Origin: Candidatus Aenigmatarchaeota archaeon
GTDB lineage: Archaea > Aenigmatarchaeota > Aenigmatarchaeia > QMZP01 > JAFGSV01
Assembly: GCA_021163005.1 (NCBI GenBank)
Contig: JAGGXP010000018.1
Coordinates: 1-56,983, forward strand
Direction of reading: 5' to 3'
DNA length: 56,983 nucleotides
Shown: one piece after another, positions 27,440 to 37,098 of the stretch
Layout: the number at the start of each line of letters is the position of its first letter
Position numbering within the stretch: the first letter of the stretch is position 1
Notes under the pieces: model-generated
The model's database searches: none
Seen by the model: only the letters and a program-made list of their open reading frames with translations
Told to the model about the DNA's origin: nothing
Made by a program: the position numbers and the translations under genes

Positions 27440-27655
27440 GTCGCGGCCTTGCACCCTTTTCCGCAGGCAGGCGCTCAAAAGCGCGCTCCGGAAAGTAAGG
27501 CTGCCGCCAATATAAGGCGCTTCCAACACCAAGCTCCCGGAAAGTCCGGCTGCCGCCAGTCTAAAAAGAAGGAAGCGCCGAGGGCAGGCACCCTTTTCCA
27601 CATGTATACGTGGAAAAGCGCGCTCCGGAAAGTAAGCTAACGCAAAAGAAGGAAG
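27440..27655. repeat. Mosaic repeat block immediately 3' of tRNA-Ser
   Basis: It contains a segment of about 100 nt that is near-identical to the reverse complement of 39292-39385. It also contains a duplicated 25-nt copy of the tRNA-Ser 3' end (27564-27588, matching 27644-27668). The module ggaaagtaaggctgccgcc recurs. Confidence 0.85.
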
Positions 27656-27959
27656 CGCCGAGGGCAGGATTTCCAGCTCTCTGAACCGCAGGGAACGTGC
27701 CTGAAGACGGCTTTGCTCATCCTGCGTTAGCCGTCATCTTGCGTTTCTGTTCAAGCCTGCTTTGTGCATTCTGCGTATGTAGGCTGTATGCTTGCTGTCC
27801 CTTGTTGTCCACTGCCGTTAGCCCTCTTAAGCGGGGAATAATGCTTTAAGGGGGCGTATAAGCGTAAGCTATCGTGGCCCCCTTGAGCCTTTGAACCTGC
27901 ACGTCCGAAGACACCCGTTTTCGAGACGGGCGCGTTAAACCGGGTTCCGCCACCTCGGC
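27656..27959 (-). tRNA. tRNA-Ser (anticodon CGA), class II, interrupted in the T-loop by a 220-nt insert/intron
   Basis: Acceptor GCCGAGG/CCTCGGC plus discriminator G. D-arm GCG-GAACCCGGTTTAA-CGC. Anticodon arm CCCGT-CTCGAAA-ACGGG. Variable arm GTC-TTCG-GAC. T-arm GCAGG-TTCAAA[27670-27889]T-CCTGC. TATA ttatataa lies 29-36 nt upstream. Confidence 0.75.
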
Positions 27960-27984
27960 TTTGTGGTATTCTATATCGTATTAA

Positions 27985-27998
27985 CTGTTATATAAGTA
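27985..27998 (-). promoter_or_regulatory. TATA box for tRNA-Ser
   Basis: ttatataa at 27988-27995, about 30 nt upstream of the tRNA 5' end (27959). Confidence 0.55.
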
Positions 27999-28077
27999 AT
28001 TTATTAACCACTCAAATATTAACTGTTCGGCGGCAGCGCAAGGTTTTAAATACTTGAACTATTCTTAAGACTTTACT

Positions 28078-30159
28078 ATGGCCTACACGCTGATAGTCAC
28101 CGAGAAACCGTCCGCAGCCAAAAGAATAGCCACTTCCCTCTCAGACGGGGAGGTCGAAAAGAAGGGAAGGCGGGGAACTCCTTATTACAAAATAACGCGC
28201 GGCGGAAAGGAGATGATAGTTGCGCCTGCTGTCGGGCATCTGTTTGTGCTTGACGAAAAGAACGGCGGGGCAAGATGGCAGTATCCGGTGTTCTCCGTGG
28301 AATGGCGGCCCACCTACACGAGAAAAGGCAACGAGTGGGCCAAGAAATACTTTGACAGCATGAAAAAGGTCGCGGAAGGCGCTGACGAATTCATATCGGC
28401 GTGCGACTATGATGTCGAGGGTTCTGTGATAGCGTTCAACATCATCAGGTATATTGCAGGAGCTGAAGACGGCAAGAGAATGAAATTCTCCACGCTTACC
28501 ACACCGGACCTTGTAAAGGCGTATGAGAACATGTCTCCGCATCTGGACTTCCCGCAGATAGAGGCGGGACTCACAAGGCACCAGCTCGACTGGTACTTCG
28601 GCGTTAACATGTCAAGGGCGCTTACGCTTTCGCTCGAGAAGAACGGAGGCTTCAGGACGCTTTCAACGGGAAGGGTTCAGGGCCCGACTCTTGCGCTGCT
28701 GCTGAAAAGGGAGGATGAAATAGCAGATTTCGTTTCAAAGCCGTACTGGGAGGTAGAGCTCAGGGGAGAAGTTGAAAAGGGGAAGGTAACAGCTTATCAT
28801 GTCAACGGAAAGTTCTGGGAAAAGCAAAAGGCCAAAACTGTAACCGACAAATGCAAAGGCGTGGACGGGAAGATAGTAAAAATCGAAAGGAAGCAGCAGC
28901 AGTTTTATCCGCCTGTGCCATTTGACCTCACAACACTCCAGAGGGAAAGCTACGGACTGTTCGGTTTCTCGCCAAAAATGACGCTTGAAGTTGCGCAGTC
29001 GCTTTACGAGCAGGCCTCAATAAGCTATCCGAGAACGAGCAGCCAGAAGCTCCCGCCAACAATAGGGTACAGGACCATACTGAAGAAGCTTGCATCGAAC
29101 ATTGAATACGGCGAGATGTGCAGCAGGATTCTGAAGAAGGAAAAGTTGTGGCCTGTGCAGGGGAAAAAGGAAGACCCGGCACATCCGGCCATATTCCCGA
29201 CCGGTGCAAAGCCGAAGAAACTCAACGGCTACCAGAAAAAGCTGTACGATCTCATAGTCAAGAGATTCATTTCTGCTTTTGCAGAGCCGACAGTCAGGGA
29301 GTCCGTTAAGGCGGTGATTGACGTAAACGGTGAACGTTTCGCCGCGAATGGCGTCGTCACAGTTAAGCCGGGATGGACAGAATTCTATGCACCGTACACA
29401 AGGATAAAAGAAGTCGTTCTTCCCGCCATGTCTGAAGGCGAACAAGTTGATGTCAAAAGCGTTAACATGCACGAAAAGGAGACACAGCCGCCGAGCAGGT
29501 ACAGCCAGGCGTCCATTCTCAAGGCAATGGAAGACCTCGGTCTCGGCACCAAGGCGACACGCGCCAACATACTGGACACGCTTTATGAAAGAGGCTACAT
29601 CAAGGACAGATCGATAACAGTCACAGAGCTTGGAAGGGCTGTCGTGAGGGCGCTTGAGAAGCACTGCCCTGAAATAGTGTCAGTTGACCTCACCCGCAGG
29701 TTTGAAGAGGACATGGAAAAAGTCAGGGAAGGCAGGAAACAGCGCAAAGAGATAATCTCGGATGCTGAAAAAGAGCTCACAAAGATACTGGAAAAGTTCA
29801 AGGCAGAGGAACAGGAGATAGGAAAGGAAATAAAGACAGCAGTGGAGCAGTATGAAAAGGAGAAGAACAAGATAGGCACCTGTCCGAAATGCGGAAAGGG
29901 CGACATGATGATTATCTATTCCCAGAGAACGGGAAAGCGCTTTGCGGGCTGCAACAACTATCCCGAGTGCAGGAATTCATACCCGCTTCCGCAAAAGGGT
30001 TCCATCTCGGTTGTTCCGCAGAAATGCCGCTGCGGGCTGAATCTCGTGGAAATAAAGGCAAAGGGCAGGCGGCCGTGGAAGCTCTGTGTGGAGCACGGGT
30101 TCGATTACAAGAAAGAATCCTTCAGGAAAGCCGGCGAAAAGCAGGAAAAATCAGAATAG
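28078..30159 (+). CDS. topA: DNA topoisomerase IA (TopA/Topo III-like)
   Basis: N-terminal Toprim (LIVTEKPSAAKRIA, DYDVEGS), active-site region SISYPRTSS, and C-terminal CxxC zinc ribbons. Confidence 0.9.
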   Translation: MAYTLIVTEKPSAAKRIATSLSDGEVEKKGRRGTPYYKITRGGKEMIVAPAVGHLFVLDEKNGGARWQYPVFSVEWRPTYTRKGNEWAKKYFDSMKKVAEGADEFISACDYDVEGSVIAFNIIRYIAGAEDGKRMKFSTLTTPDLVKAYENMSPHLDFPQIEAGLTRHQLDWYFGVNMSRALTLSLEKNGGFRTLSTGRVQGPTLALLLKREDEIADFVSKPYWEVELRGEVEKGKVTAYHVNGKFWEKQKAKTVTDKCKGVDGKIVKIERKQQQFYPPVPFDLTTLQRESYGLFGFSPKMTLEVAQSLYEQASISYPRTSSQKLPPTIGYRTILKKLASNIEYGEMCSRILKKEKLWPVQGKKEDPAHPAIFPTGAKPKKLNGYQKKLYDLIVKRFISAFAEPTVRESVKAVIDVNGERFAANGVVTVKPGWTEFYAPYTRIKEVVLPAMSEGEQVDVKSVNMHEKETQPPSRYSQASILKAMEDLGLGTKATRANILDTLYERGYIKDRSITVTELGRAVVRALEKHCPEIVSVDLTRRFEEDMEKVREGRKQRKEIISDAEKELTKILEKFKAEEQEIGKEIKTAVEQYEKEKNKIGTCPKCGKGDMMIIYSQRTGKRFAGCNNYPECRNSYPLPQKGSISVVPQKCRCGLNLVEIKAKGRRPWKLCVEHGFDYKKESFRKAGEKQEKSE

Positions 30160-30834
30160 TCTGAAGCCGCTTGCAGGCTTTATGCCGTCATTCACTATTT
30201 CGAATTTCACGGAACGGCCTTCGGGGAGCCATCTGTGCTTTATGATTGTGGCTGTCCTCTCGGACATCCTCCCTGTCCTTTCAAGGAATACAACGGCCTT
30301 TGCCCAGTATTTGACAGCATCGCCGCCCACTATTTCGTTTTTGTCAGTGTCCCAGTTCTTGTATGTATGGGATGTCACTATGATAGGTATGTCCTTCTCC
30401 CTTGCTATGTTCGAGAGTATTGACATCTGCCTGCTGAGTTCCCTGTTGGCCTCAAGAGCCTCCTTGTCCGGGTCTGCGTATTCGAGCCTGTAAAGCGCGG
30501 CGGCCGAATCCACGATTATCATGCCGGCGTCTTTGCCCTTCAGCTCCTTGATGAGCTTTCCCTGCTCCCTGAAGTCCCTCGGCTCGAGCATGGTTATGCT
30601 TTCCATCAGCTTCCCGGCGTCAGGCGCTATCTGGGAAAACCTCTGGAAGGAGAAGCCGCCCTCGGTGTCCATGTAGATGACGCGGCCGCCGTTCCTCAGA
30701 ACTTCAAGCGAGGAGAGCATGCAGAGGTTTGTCTTTCCTGTGCCGGGAGCGCCGAAGAAGTTTGTGAGCGCTCCGTGCTCTATGCCCTCGAGAAGCGATT
30801 CAAGAGGCTGGGGAACCCTGAGCTTTTTTGCCAT
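30151..30834 (-). CDS. radB: RadB-type RecA-family recombinase paralog
   Basis: Walker A GAPGTGKTN, 227 aa with no N-terminal HhH domain, and Walker B MIIVDSAA. Confidence 0.8.
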   Translation of the reverse strand: MAKKLRVPQPLESLLEGIEHGALTNFFGAPGTGKTNLCMLSSLEVLRNGGRVIYMDTEGGFSFQRFSQIAPDAGKLMESITMLEPRDFREQGKLIKELKGKDAGMIIVDSAAALYRLEYADPDKEALEANRELSRQMSILSNIAREKDIPIIVTSHTYKNWDTDKNEIVGGDAVKYWAKAVVFLERTGRMSERTATIIKHRWLPEGRSVKFEIVNDGIKPASGFRLF

Positions 30835-30867
30835 GATAATAATTTACTGAATATTTTTTAAACAAAA

Positions 30868-32361
30868 TCACAGGATGTCTGAAGATTTTATCTTTCCTCC
30901 TGTGAGATTCAGGATTAATCTGTCAGCACGCCATACATCCAGTGGTATATGCCTGAGCATCCTGACTGCCGCATCTTGTCCCTTTCCGGCATAAATGAGT
31001 CCTGCAAGCATGCCGGCAAATGTCCCTGTAAGCACCTCACCAAGCTGCTCCTCTATGTCAGTCTTGGTAGATTTTATGACCGGACCGTGATGGTGCAGAT
31101 ACATATTCACATAGCGTATGTCATATCCCATTATGTCTATTATCGAGTTCCAGACAGTCTCCAGGCAGAATCCTCCGGGAACATTTGAGCCGCAGTATTG
31201 ACTGGTTTTCATTCCGGACATTTCCAGCAGCTCTCTGGTAAGGCTGAGTTTTTCCAGAAGGAACTGTGGATTGAAAGCAACCTCTCCGCTGAGCGGATAA
31301 AGATTGTGCTCTGATCCCAGCGCCCGTGAATAGAAGTCCTTCACCATCTTTGTCACAATTCCGAATCTCAGGTCAAAACTCTTCTTAAGCTGTGGTATTC
31401 TCATGTATGAAGCCTTGAAAAAGGTCTTTTTCGCCTTCGCGAGACCGTTTTCCTGTGCATGCCCAATTATTGATTTTATGAAGTTCCTGACAAAGAACTC
31501 TATGTCTATGTCAACAGGGGTGTCAGGCATTATCCTCGAGAGGGCAGGCATATTGTCTGAATCAAGTATGATGCAGAAATCGTGGCCTTCTGCAAAGGCA
31601 TACTTGACTGCGGACTCTATTGCTTCTCCCTTTCCTGCACCATTCTGCCTTATTATAGTGCAGTCTATCTTATTTCCCGTGCTTTCGAGGCTTCTCAGAA
31701 CATCTGATGGCTCGTGCCTGACGGAGTAGCCGTCTGTTATTATTATCTCTTCCAGCAGTCCTGCCTTCCTGACATTTCCCACCAGCTGTATATTCCTTCT
31801 GAGATTTGATTCGTTGTATGTAGGCATTATTACAGCAAGTGATATGCCGTTATCCGAAAGGTATTTTCTCCATTTGCTGTCATGGGAATACAACCCCTCT
31901 TGTATCTTCTTCAGGTCTTTGATTATGGCTTCCCTGTCTCTGCTGAAAAACTTTCTTATACTTTCTTCAGTGACAGCGCCGTGGAAATTCGGCGCAGGCC
32001 GCGCATTCGAAAGAACTGTATCGACGAATCTGCTCATCTTTGTCCCGAGGAAGTTTTCCGCCACATCTTCTTTCACGGATATGTTAATCTCTTCTCCGTT
32101 CATGAAAGTGTAAACTGCATTTTTTCTGCCGGTCCTTCTCCTTTTTTTAATTTCCCCTATTTTTTTGCGGCATACTGCCTTGTAGCTTTCATAGTCATAG
32201 AAATCAACAGGTATGATGTCTATGTATCGCCTGATAGCTCCCGACATGTAAGACCTGCCTTGGGCTGTTTTTTCACTGAGGTCCATTACGAGGAAGATAT
32301 TCCCGTCCTTCTCGGCGGTACCAAGAATTACATGTCTCCCTGTGGGAAAGCGGCCTGCCAT
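30868..32361 (-). CDS. GT-A fold (family 2-like) glycosyltransferase with an N-terminal extension of about 170 aa of unknown function
   Basis: LAVIMPTYNES ... ILDSDN (DxD) signature in the central region. Confidence 0.5.
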   Translation of the reverse strand: MAGRFPTGRHVILGTAEKDGNIFLVMDLSEKTAQGRSYMSGAIRRYIDIIPVDFYDYESYKAVCRKKIGEIKKRRRTGRKNAVYTFMNGEEINISVKEDVAENFLGTKMSRFVDTVLSNARPAPNFHGAVTEESIRKFFSRDREAIIKDLKKIQEGLYSHDSKWRKYLSDNGISLAVIMPTYNESNLRRNIQLVGNVRKAGLLEEIIITDGYSVRHEPSDVLRSLESTGNKIDCTIIRQNGAGKGEAIESAVKYAFAEGHDFCIILDSDNMPALSRIMPDTPVDIDIEFFVRNFIKSIIGHAQENGLAKAKKTFFKASYMRIPQLKKSFDLRFGIVTKMVKDFYSRALGSEHNLYPLSGEVAFNPQFLLEKLSLTRELLEMSGMKTSQYCGSNVPGGFCLETVWNSIIDIMGYDIRYVNMYLHHHGPVIKSTKTDIEEQLGEVLTGTFAGMLAGLIYAGKGQDAAVRMLRHIPLDVWRADRLILNLTGGKIKSSDIL

Positions 32362-32427
32362 AACATAAATAAGACAGGCTTATTCTTATCTTTTATTAGG
32401 AACGCCTGCCAAAACTAAATCAGGGCT

Positions 32428-33579
32428 ATGGTTGTTAAAACAGTCACGATGGTCGGCAATGAGGTTGTCTCCATACCTCCGGCCGGCTGGGGGGCAGTGG
32501 AGAAATGGATAGTCGAGGTTGTCTCAAGGCTCAGCGCTGAATATCATTTCAAGATAATATCGCTGCCTGCCAAGGAAAGGATGAGCATCCCGAACACGGA
32601 ATTCGTATACCTTTCACCAATGACCCTCTTTTTCAAAGAACTGGCAAGATTTGAAGGAAACTATATCAGAAAGTATCTGAAAACAGCGCCTGTAAGAAGC
32701 TGTCTTAACAGGAGGCACATGACATCATGGTCTTACGTGCATTACCTGAAAAAGGAAATTGAACGGCATGAGACCGACCTCTTTCATTTCCACCAGAGGC
32801 CGGAATACCTCGTTTATACGAAACCGAGGAAGCCCGTCATAATGCATCTGCATAACCGTGTGGAAGGCCTTACCAAAAGCTATCCCCTCTTTCCCGAGTT
32901 TTTCAGGGGGATTGAGATGGCTGACATGGTCGTGACTGTGTCGAAAGACCTGTACAGATATTACCTGAAAAAGGGTGTTGAGAAAAGCAAGCTTGAACTG
33001 CTGTACAACGGGGTTGATGTAAAGAAGTATGTGCCCAGGAAAAAGCCTTCCGGCATAAGGTTGCTTTTTGTTGGAAATTTCATTCCCAGAAAGGGAATCA
33101 TCTACCTAATCAGGGCATTCAGGGAAATCAAAAAACAGGTTCCTGAAGCTGAACTCCACATCGTGGGGAGAAGAAACGAGAAGAGTGAATATGTACAGGA
33201 GGCCAGAAAAGAGAGCATAGAAGGCATAAGCTTCGTGGATGTCGTAAACGAAAGAGACCTAATCCGGCATTTTCAGGAGTCTACCATGCTCGTTCATCCT
33301 GCAGTATACGAGGCCTTCGGGATGACGCTTGTTGAGTCCATGGCCTGCGGAACCCCGGTCATAGCATCAGAGGTCGGAGGGATACCGGAGGTTATCGGCG
33401 ATTCAGGCATACTCATAAAACCCAAGAGCCCGGAGGCGATAACAAAGGCCGTTCTTGACCTTCTGGACAACAGAAAGAAGTATGAGAGCCTCAGGAAGAA
33501 AGGGCGGGCAAGGGTAGAGAAACACTTCTCATGGGAAGCCGTTTCGAGCAGGCTGTCGTCACTGTATTCCAAGTTCTAG
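32428..33579 (+). CDS. GT-B glycosyltransferase (family 4/1)
   Basis: EAFGMTLVESMACGTPVIASEVGGIPEVI motif. Confidence 0.85.
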   Translation: MVVKTVTMVGNEVVSIPPAGWGAVEKWIVEVVSRLSAEYHFKIISLPAKERMSIPNTEFVYLSPMTLFFKELARFEGNYIRKYLKTAPVRSCLNRRHMTSWSYVHYLKKEIERHETDLFHFHQRPEYLVYTKPRKPVIMHLHNRVEGLTKSYPLFPEFFRGIEMADMVVTVSKDLYRYYLKKGVEKSKLELLYNGVDVKKYVPRKKPSGIRLLFVGNFIPRKGIIYLIRAFREIKKQVPEAELHIVGRRNEKSEYVQEARKESIEGISFVDVVNERDLIRHFQESTMLVHPAVYEAFGMTLVESMACGTPVIASEVGGIPEVIGDSGILIKPKSPEAITKAVLDLLDNRKKYESLRKKGRARVEKHFSWEAVSSRLSSLYSKF

Positions 33580-34673
33580 GCTACTTTCCTGTAGACTTTG
33601 AGAGTTTCCCTTGCTATGTTGTCCCAGGAATAAAGCTTTGCAAGCTTTAATGCATTTGATGATATCTTATCCCTCAGCTTATCGTCAAGAAGCAGTTTTT
33701 TCATAGCGCGCGCAAGATCTTTGGAATCCCCTGATTTCACCACAACTGCGTTCTTCCAGTTGTCGACTATCTCCGAGGCGCCGCTCCTGGTGGTAGTTAT
33801 AACAGCCTTGCCGCTTGCCATGCCTTCAAGGACCGTTATGCCGAACGGTTCGTAAACAGACGGAAGGGCTACTATGGAGGCCTCAGAATAGAGCTTTACA
33901 AGCTCGTTCTCCTTCAGCCTTCCGCGAATCGTCACATGGTTCTTCAGGCCAAGCTCGGATATCATTTTCATTATGAACTCTCTGTATTCATTGTTACCGG
34001 TTCCGCATAAAAGAAGCTTTTGCGGAATGTCGTCCTTTATCATTGAGTATGCCTCCACAAGGAAGTGGACACCCTTCATCTGGTCCAGCCTTCCAAGGAA
34101 AAATATGTAGTTCTTATCGGGACCTGTTCTGAACTTATCATACTCTATGCCGTTATAGATAATGTCTATCTTCTTTCTGTCAAGCCCGTAGAGTTCGACA
34201 AGCTCGTTTTTTATGTGCCGGCTCACAGCTATGTACCTATCCGCGGAATAAATAGATTTTTCAAGCTCTTTCTTCTCTCTGACAAAACTTCCGGTAAGCT
34301 TCTTTTTTCCGAGTATAGAGGAATGTATCGTCATGACCAGCGGCACGCCGAACTCCTCCTTTATCCTTCTTCCGCCGTCAATAGTTACCCAGTCATGCGC
34401 ATGCACGACGTCCGCAGGGAATTCCCTGAACTTTTCAGGCAGGATTTTGTTGTATTTTATCACCTTGTCAAGCTTGTAGCTCTTGGTGACGTATTTCCTG
34501 GCATCCTTTATAGCCACATCTATAAGATTCAATCCAGGCACTTTCATTTTGAAGGGAAGGAAAACTTCGAGGTCGCAGATATCTTTCAGTCCATCAGAAA
34601 GATGCCTGAGATGGGTTCCCAGACCGCCAAGATTAAGAGGATAGAATTCATATGCAAGTATCGCAACTTTCAT
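33576..34673 (-). CDS. GT-B glycosyltransferase (family 4/1)
   Basis: EPFGITVLEGMASGKAVITTTRSGASEIV motif. Confidence 0.85.
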   Translation of the reverse strand: MKVAILAYEFYPLNLGGLGTHLRHLSDGLKDICDLEVFLPFKMKVPGLNLIDVAIKDARKYVTKSYKLDKVIKYNKILPEKFREFPADVVHAHDWVTIDGGRRIKEEFGVPLVMTIHSSILGKKKLTGSFVREKKELEKSIYSADRYIAVSRHIKNELVELYGLDRKKIDIIYNGIEYDKFRTGPDKNYIFFLGRLDQMKGVHFLVEAYSMIKDDIPQKLLLCGTGNNEYREFIMKMISELGLKNHVTIRGRLKENELVKLYSEASIVALPSVYEPFGITVLEGMASGKAVITTTRSGASEIVDNWKNAVVVKSGDSKDLARAMKKLLLDDKLRDKISSNALKLAKLYSWDNIARETLKVYRKVA

Positions 34674-34765
34674 TGATTAATTTATCGTGATGTAACATAA
34701 AAATATTTTATAGATGTGCAACTGTTTTATGAGGAAGTTCTGAGAATTATTAAACAGGAAGGAAT

Positions 34766-35797
34766 ATGAAGTTCAAAATTGCCCAGCTCGCCGCCCCTCT
34801 GCTATCCACCCCGCCAAAAGGATACGGCGGAACGGAAAGGGTGGTGAGCATGCTCACCGAGGAGCTTGTGAGGCGCGGGCACCAAGTCACTCTCTACGCA
34901 ACAAGAGATTCCCGTACCAGGGCGGACTTGAAGTTTCTCTACAGGAAGGCAGTGGGCATAAACAACTACAAGCCCATAATAATGCTCACGCAGGCCGCTA
35001 GGGCATTCGACGACGCCGACGATTTCGACGTGATACACAACCATGAGGCCGAGTACGGCATAACGCTTTCAAGATTCGTCAGGACACCTGTGCTGACAAC
35101 GCTGCACAATGATTACCTAAATCCGCGGAGAAGAAAGATGGAATTCGGATTCTTCAAGGATTCCTGCTATTACGCATTCATCAGCAGGAACCAGCACCAG
35201 AGGCTCAGGGGACTGAAATACGGCGGCGTGGTCTACAACGCCACTGACACAGCTCGATACAGGCTCAAGGAGGAGAAGAAGGATTACTTCCTATTCCTCG
35301 GGAATGTCTACAGGCACAAGGGTCCTCACATAGCCATAAGGGTAGCAAAGAGGCTCGGGACAAAGATTTACATAACAGGTAAATACGACAAGGGCAAGCA
35401 GGAAAAGTGGTTCGAGAAATACATAAGGCCCCAGATAGACGGGAAAAGAATCATCTTCCACGGCATACTGAGCTTCAGAAAGAAGCTCGAGCTGTACCAG
35501 AATGCCAAGGCGCTTCTGTTCCCGATACAGTGGGAAGAGCCGTTCGGTCTTGTCATGATAGAGGCCATGGCATGCGGCACGCCCGTTGTGGCTTACAACA
35601 GGGGTTCGGTTCCTGAAATAGTGAAGCACGGAGAAACGGGCTTCATAGCAAACACATATGATGAGTTTCTGAAGTACTCGAAAAGGGTGGACGAGATAGA
35701 ACCCAAAGCATGCAGGCGCTGGGTCGAGAAGAAATTCAGCATCAGGGCCATGACAGACGGCTATGAAAAAGTCTATAAGAAGATAATCAAAGGATAG
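34766..35797 (+). CDS. GT-B glycosyltransferase (family 4/1)
   Basis: EPFGLVMIEAMACGTPVVAYNRGSVPEIV motif. Confidence 0.85.
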   Translation: MKFKIAQLAAPLLSTPPKGYGGTERVVSMLTEELVRRGHQVTLYATRDSRTRADLKFLYRKAVGINNYKPIIMLTQAARAFDDADDFDVIHNHEAEYGITLSRFVRTPVLTTLHNDYLNPRRRKMEFGFFKDSCYYAFISRNQHQRLRGLKYGGVVYNATDTARYRLKEEKKDYFLFLGNVYRHKGPHIAIRVAKRLGTKIYITGKYDKGKQEKWFEKYIRPQIDGKRIIFHGILSFRKKLELYQNAKALLFPIQWEEPFGLVMIEAMACGTPVVAYNRGSVPEIVKHGETGFIANTYDEFLKYSKRVDEIEPKACRRWVEKKFSIRAMTDGYEKVYKKIIKG

Positions 35798-35804
35798 GGC
35801 AGGC

Positions 35805-36989
35805 TTATTTCATCGCCTTCCTGTACACTTTCTCTGTCTCCCTGCCGCCGGCCTTCACAGAGAAGTGCTCGATGGCACGCTCTCTGCCTCTCCTGCCCCT
35901 CTTTTTCAGCCAGCAGTCGTCTGTTATCCTGTCGAGAACCGCGTCGGCTATGGCCTTTGCCGAGTGCGGCTCGACTATCTCTCCGACTTCCCTGTTTACT
36001 ATCTCGGGTATGCCTCCCATCCTTGTCGCTATCACGGGTGTTCTTGATGCGAGCGCCTCAACGGAAACCAGGCCGAATGGCTCGTGCCAGATGGACGGCG
36101 TTACGAACAGGTCTGCTGTGCTGTACAGCTTTATGAGGTCCTTCCTGCTGACCCAGCCGAGAATTCTCGTGTTCTTCAGCCTGTAGCGCTTTATGAGACG
36201 CTCAAGTTCCTGCTGGTAAGGGCCCTGTCCCGTGAGCAGTGTGACTATATCCGGATTTTCCTTTTCATAGATTCTTGCGGCCCCGATGAGATGCTGGAAT
36301 CCCTTCTCCTCAGCGAAGAATCCTGAGGAAAAAACCATTCTCTTTCCCCTGCACCTGTATCTCCTCCTGAGCGCTTCCTTAATCCTGTTGCTTACAGGTT
36401 TGAAGACATCGGTGTCGACGCCGGGGTATATTACCTTTATCTTGTTCTTGGAAATGCCGAAATCTCTGACAAGCCCGGCTTTTGTGAACTTGCTGTTGGC
36501 TATGACCTTCTCGGACTCCTGAAGCCCCATGATCGCTATCTCCTTGTTTCTTGTGCTTTCAAGGGATGAGAGCATGCCTGTTCCATGGGCTGTGACCACG
36601 TAAGGCACGTGGTTTATTCTCTTTGCAATATATGCCGAGAACGGCAGGATGCTTACATGGTTGGCATGCGCTATGTCAATTCCTGTCCTCTCATTGACCT
36701 TGACCTCCCATTCCGCAAACCGCCTTATGAGGCTGAAGAGCTGTGAATCCGGGATGGATGATATCTTGACATTTCTCTTCACGTCTGCCCTGCCCTGATA
36801 AACAGGTATCTGGAAGGGGAAATGCACCCATTTCACGTCGATGCCCCTGAGCAGCTTCAGATTGGAACGCATGCCCTCGACGACCGTTATCCTGTGCCTC
36901 TTCGCCTTGAAGTATGTCAGAAGCGACTGCATGTAGCGCCCTGAGCCCCTTCCTGCCATCCTGTGCAGATAAAGATAACATATGTTCAT
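35805..36989 (-). CDS. GT-B glycosyltransferase (family 4/1)
   Basis: EPFGLVSVEALASRTPVIATRMGGIPEIV motif. Confidence 0.85.
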   Translation of the reverse strand: MNICYLYLHRMAGRGSGRYMQSLLTYFKAKRHRITVVEGMRSNLKLLRGIDVKWVHFPFQIPVYQGRADVKRNVKISSIPDSQLFSLIRRFAEWEVKVNERTGIDIAHANHVSILPFSAYIAKRINHVPYVVTAHGTGMLSSLESTRNKEIAIMGLQESEKVIANSKFTKAGLVRDFGISKNKIKVIYPGVDTDVFKPVSNRIKEALRRRYRCRGKRMVFSSGFFAEEKGFQHLIGAARIYEKENPDIVTLLTGQGPYQQELERLIKRYRLKNTRILGWVSRKDLIKLYSTADLFVTPSIWHEPFGLVSVEALASRTPVIATRMGGIPEIVNREVGEIVEPHSAKAIADAVLDRITDDCWLKKRGRRGRERAIEHFSVKAGGRETEKVYRKAMK

Positions 36990-37098
36990 ATTGGCACCCT
37001 GACAACATTCTAATAGAAAGCTTACTTAAAAATAAATTCACATAAAGTGCGTCAAAAGACGAGTTTGAAACATTGACAATTGGCACCAAGCAGGCATT

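Noticed and set aside
27536-27557. cccggaaagtccggctgcc resembles the GGAAAGUCCGG (CR-I/P4) signature of RNase P RNA.
   Set aside because: It is one variant of a short module (ggaaagtaaggctgccgcc) repeated several times here and at 39.3 kb. No matching P4 partner or other RNase P conserved regions are visible nearby.
27670-27889. Possible C/D-box sRNA inside the tRNA-Ser insert (AGGATGAGC, AAGATGACGG).
   Set aside because: The C-box matches are imperfect and no D box (CUGA) is suitably placed. Only hairpins (AAGGGGGC/GCCCCCTT and GACGGCT/AGCCGTC) can be supported.
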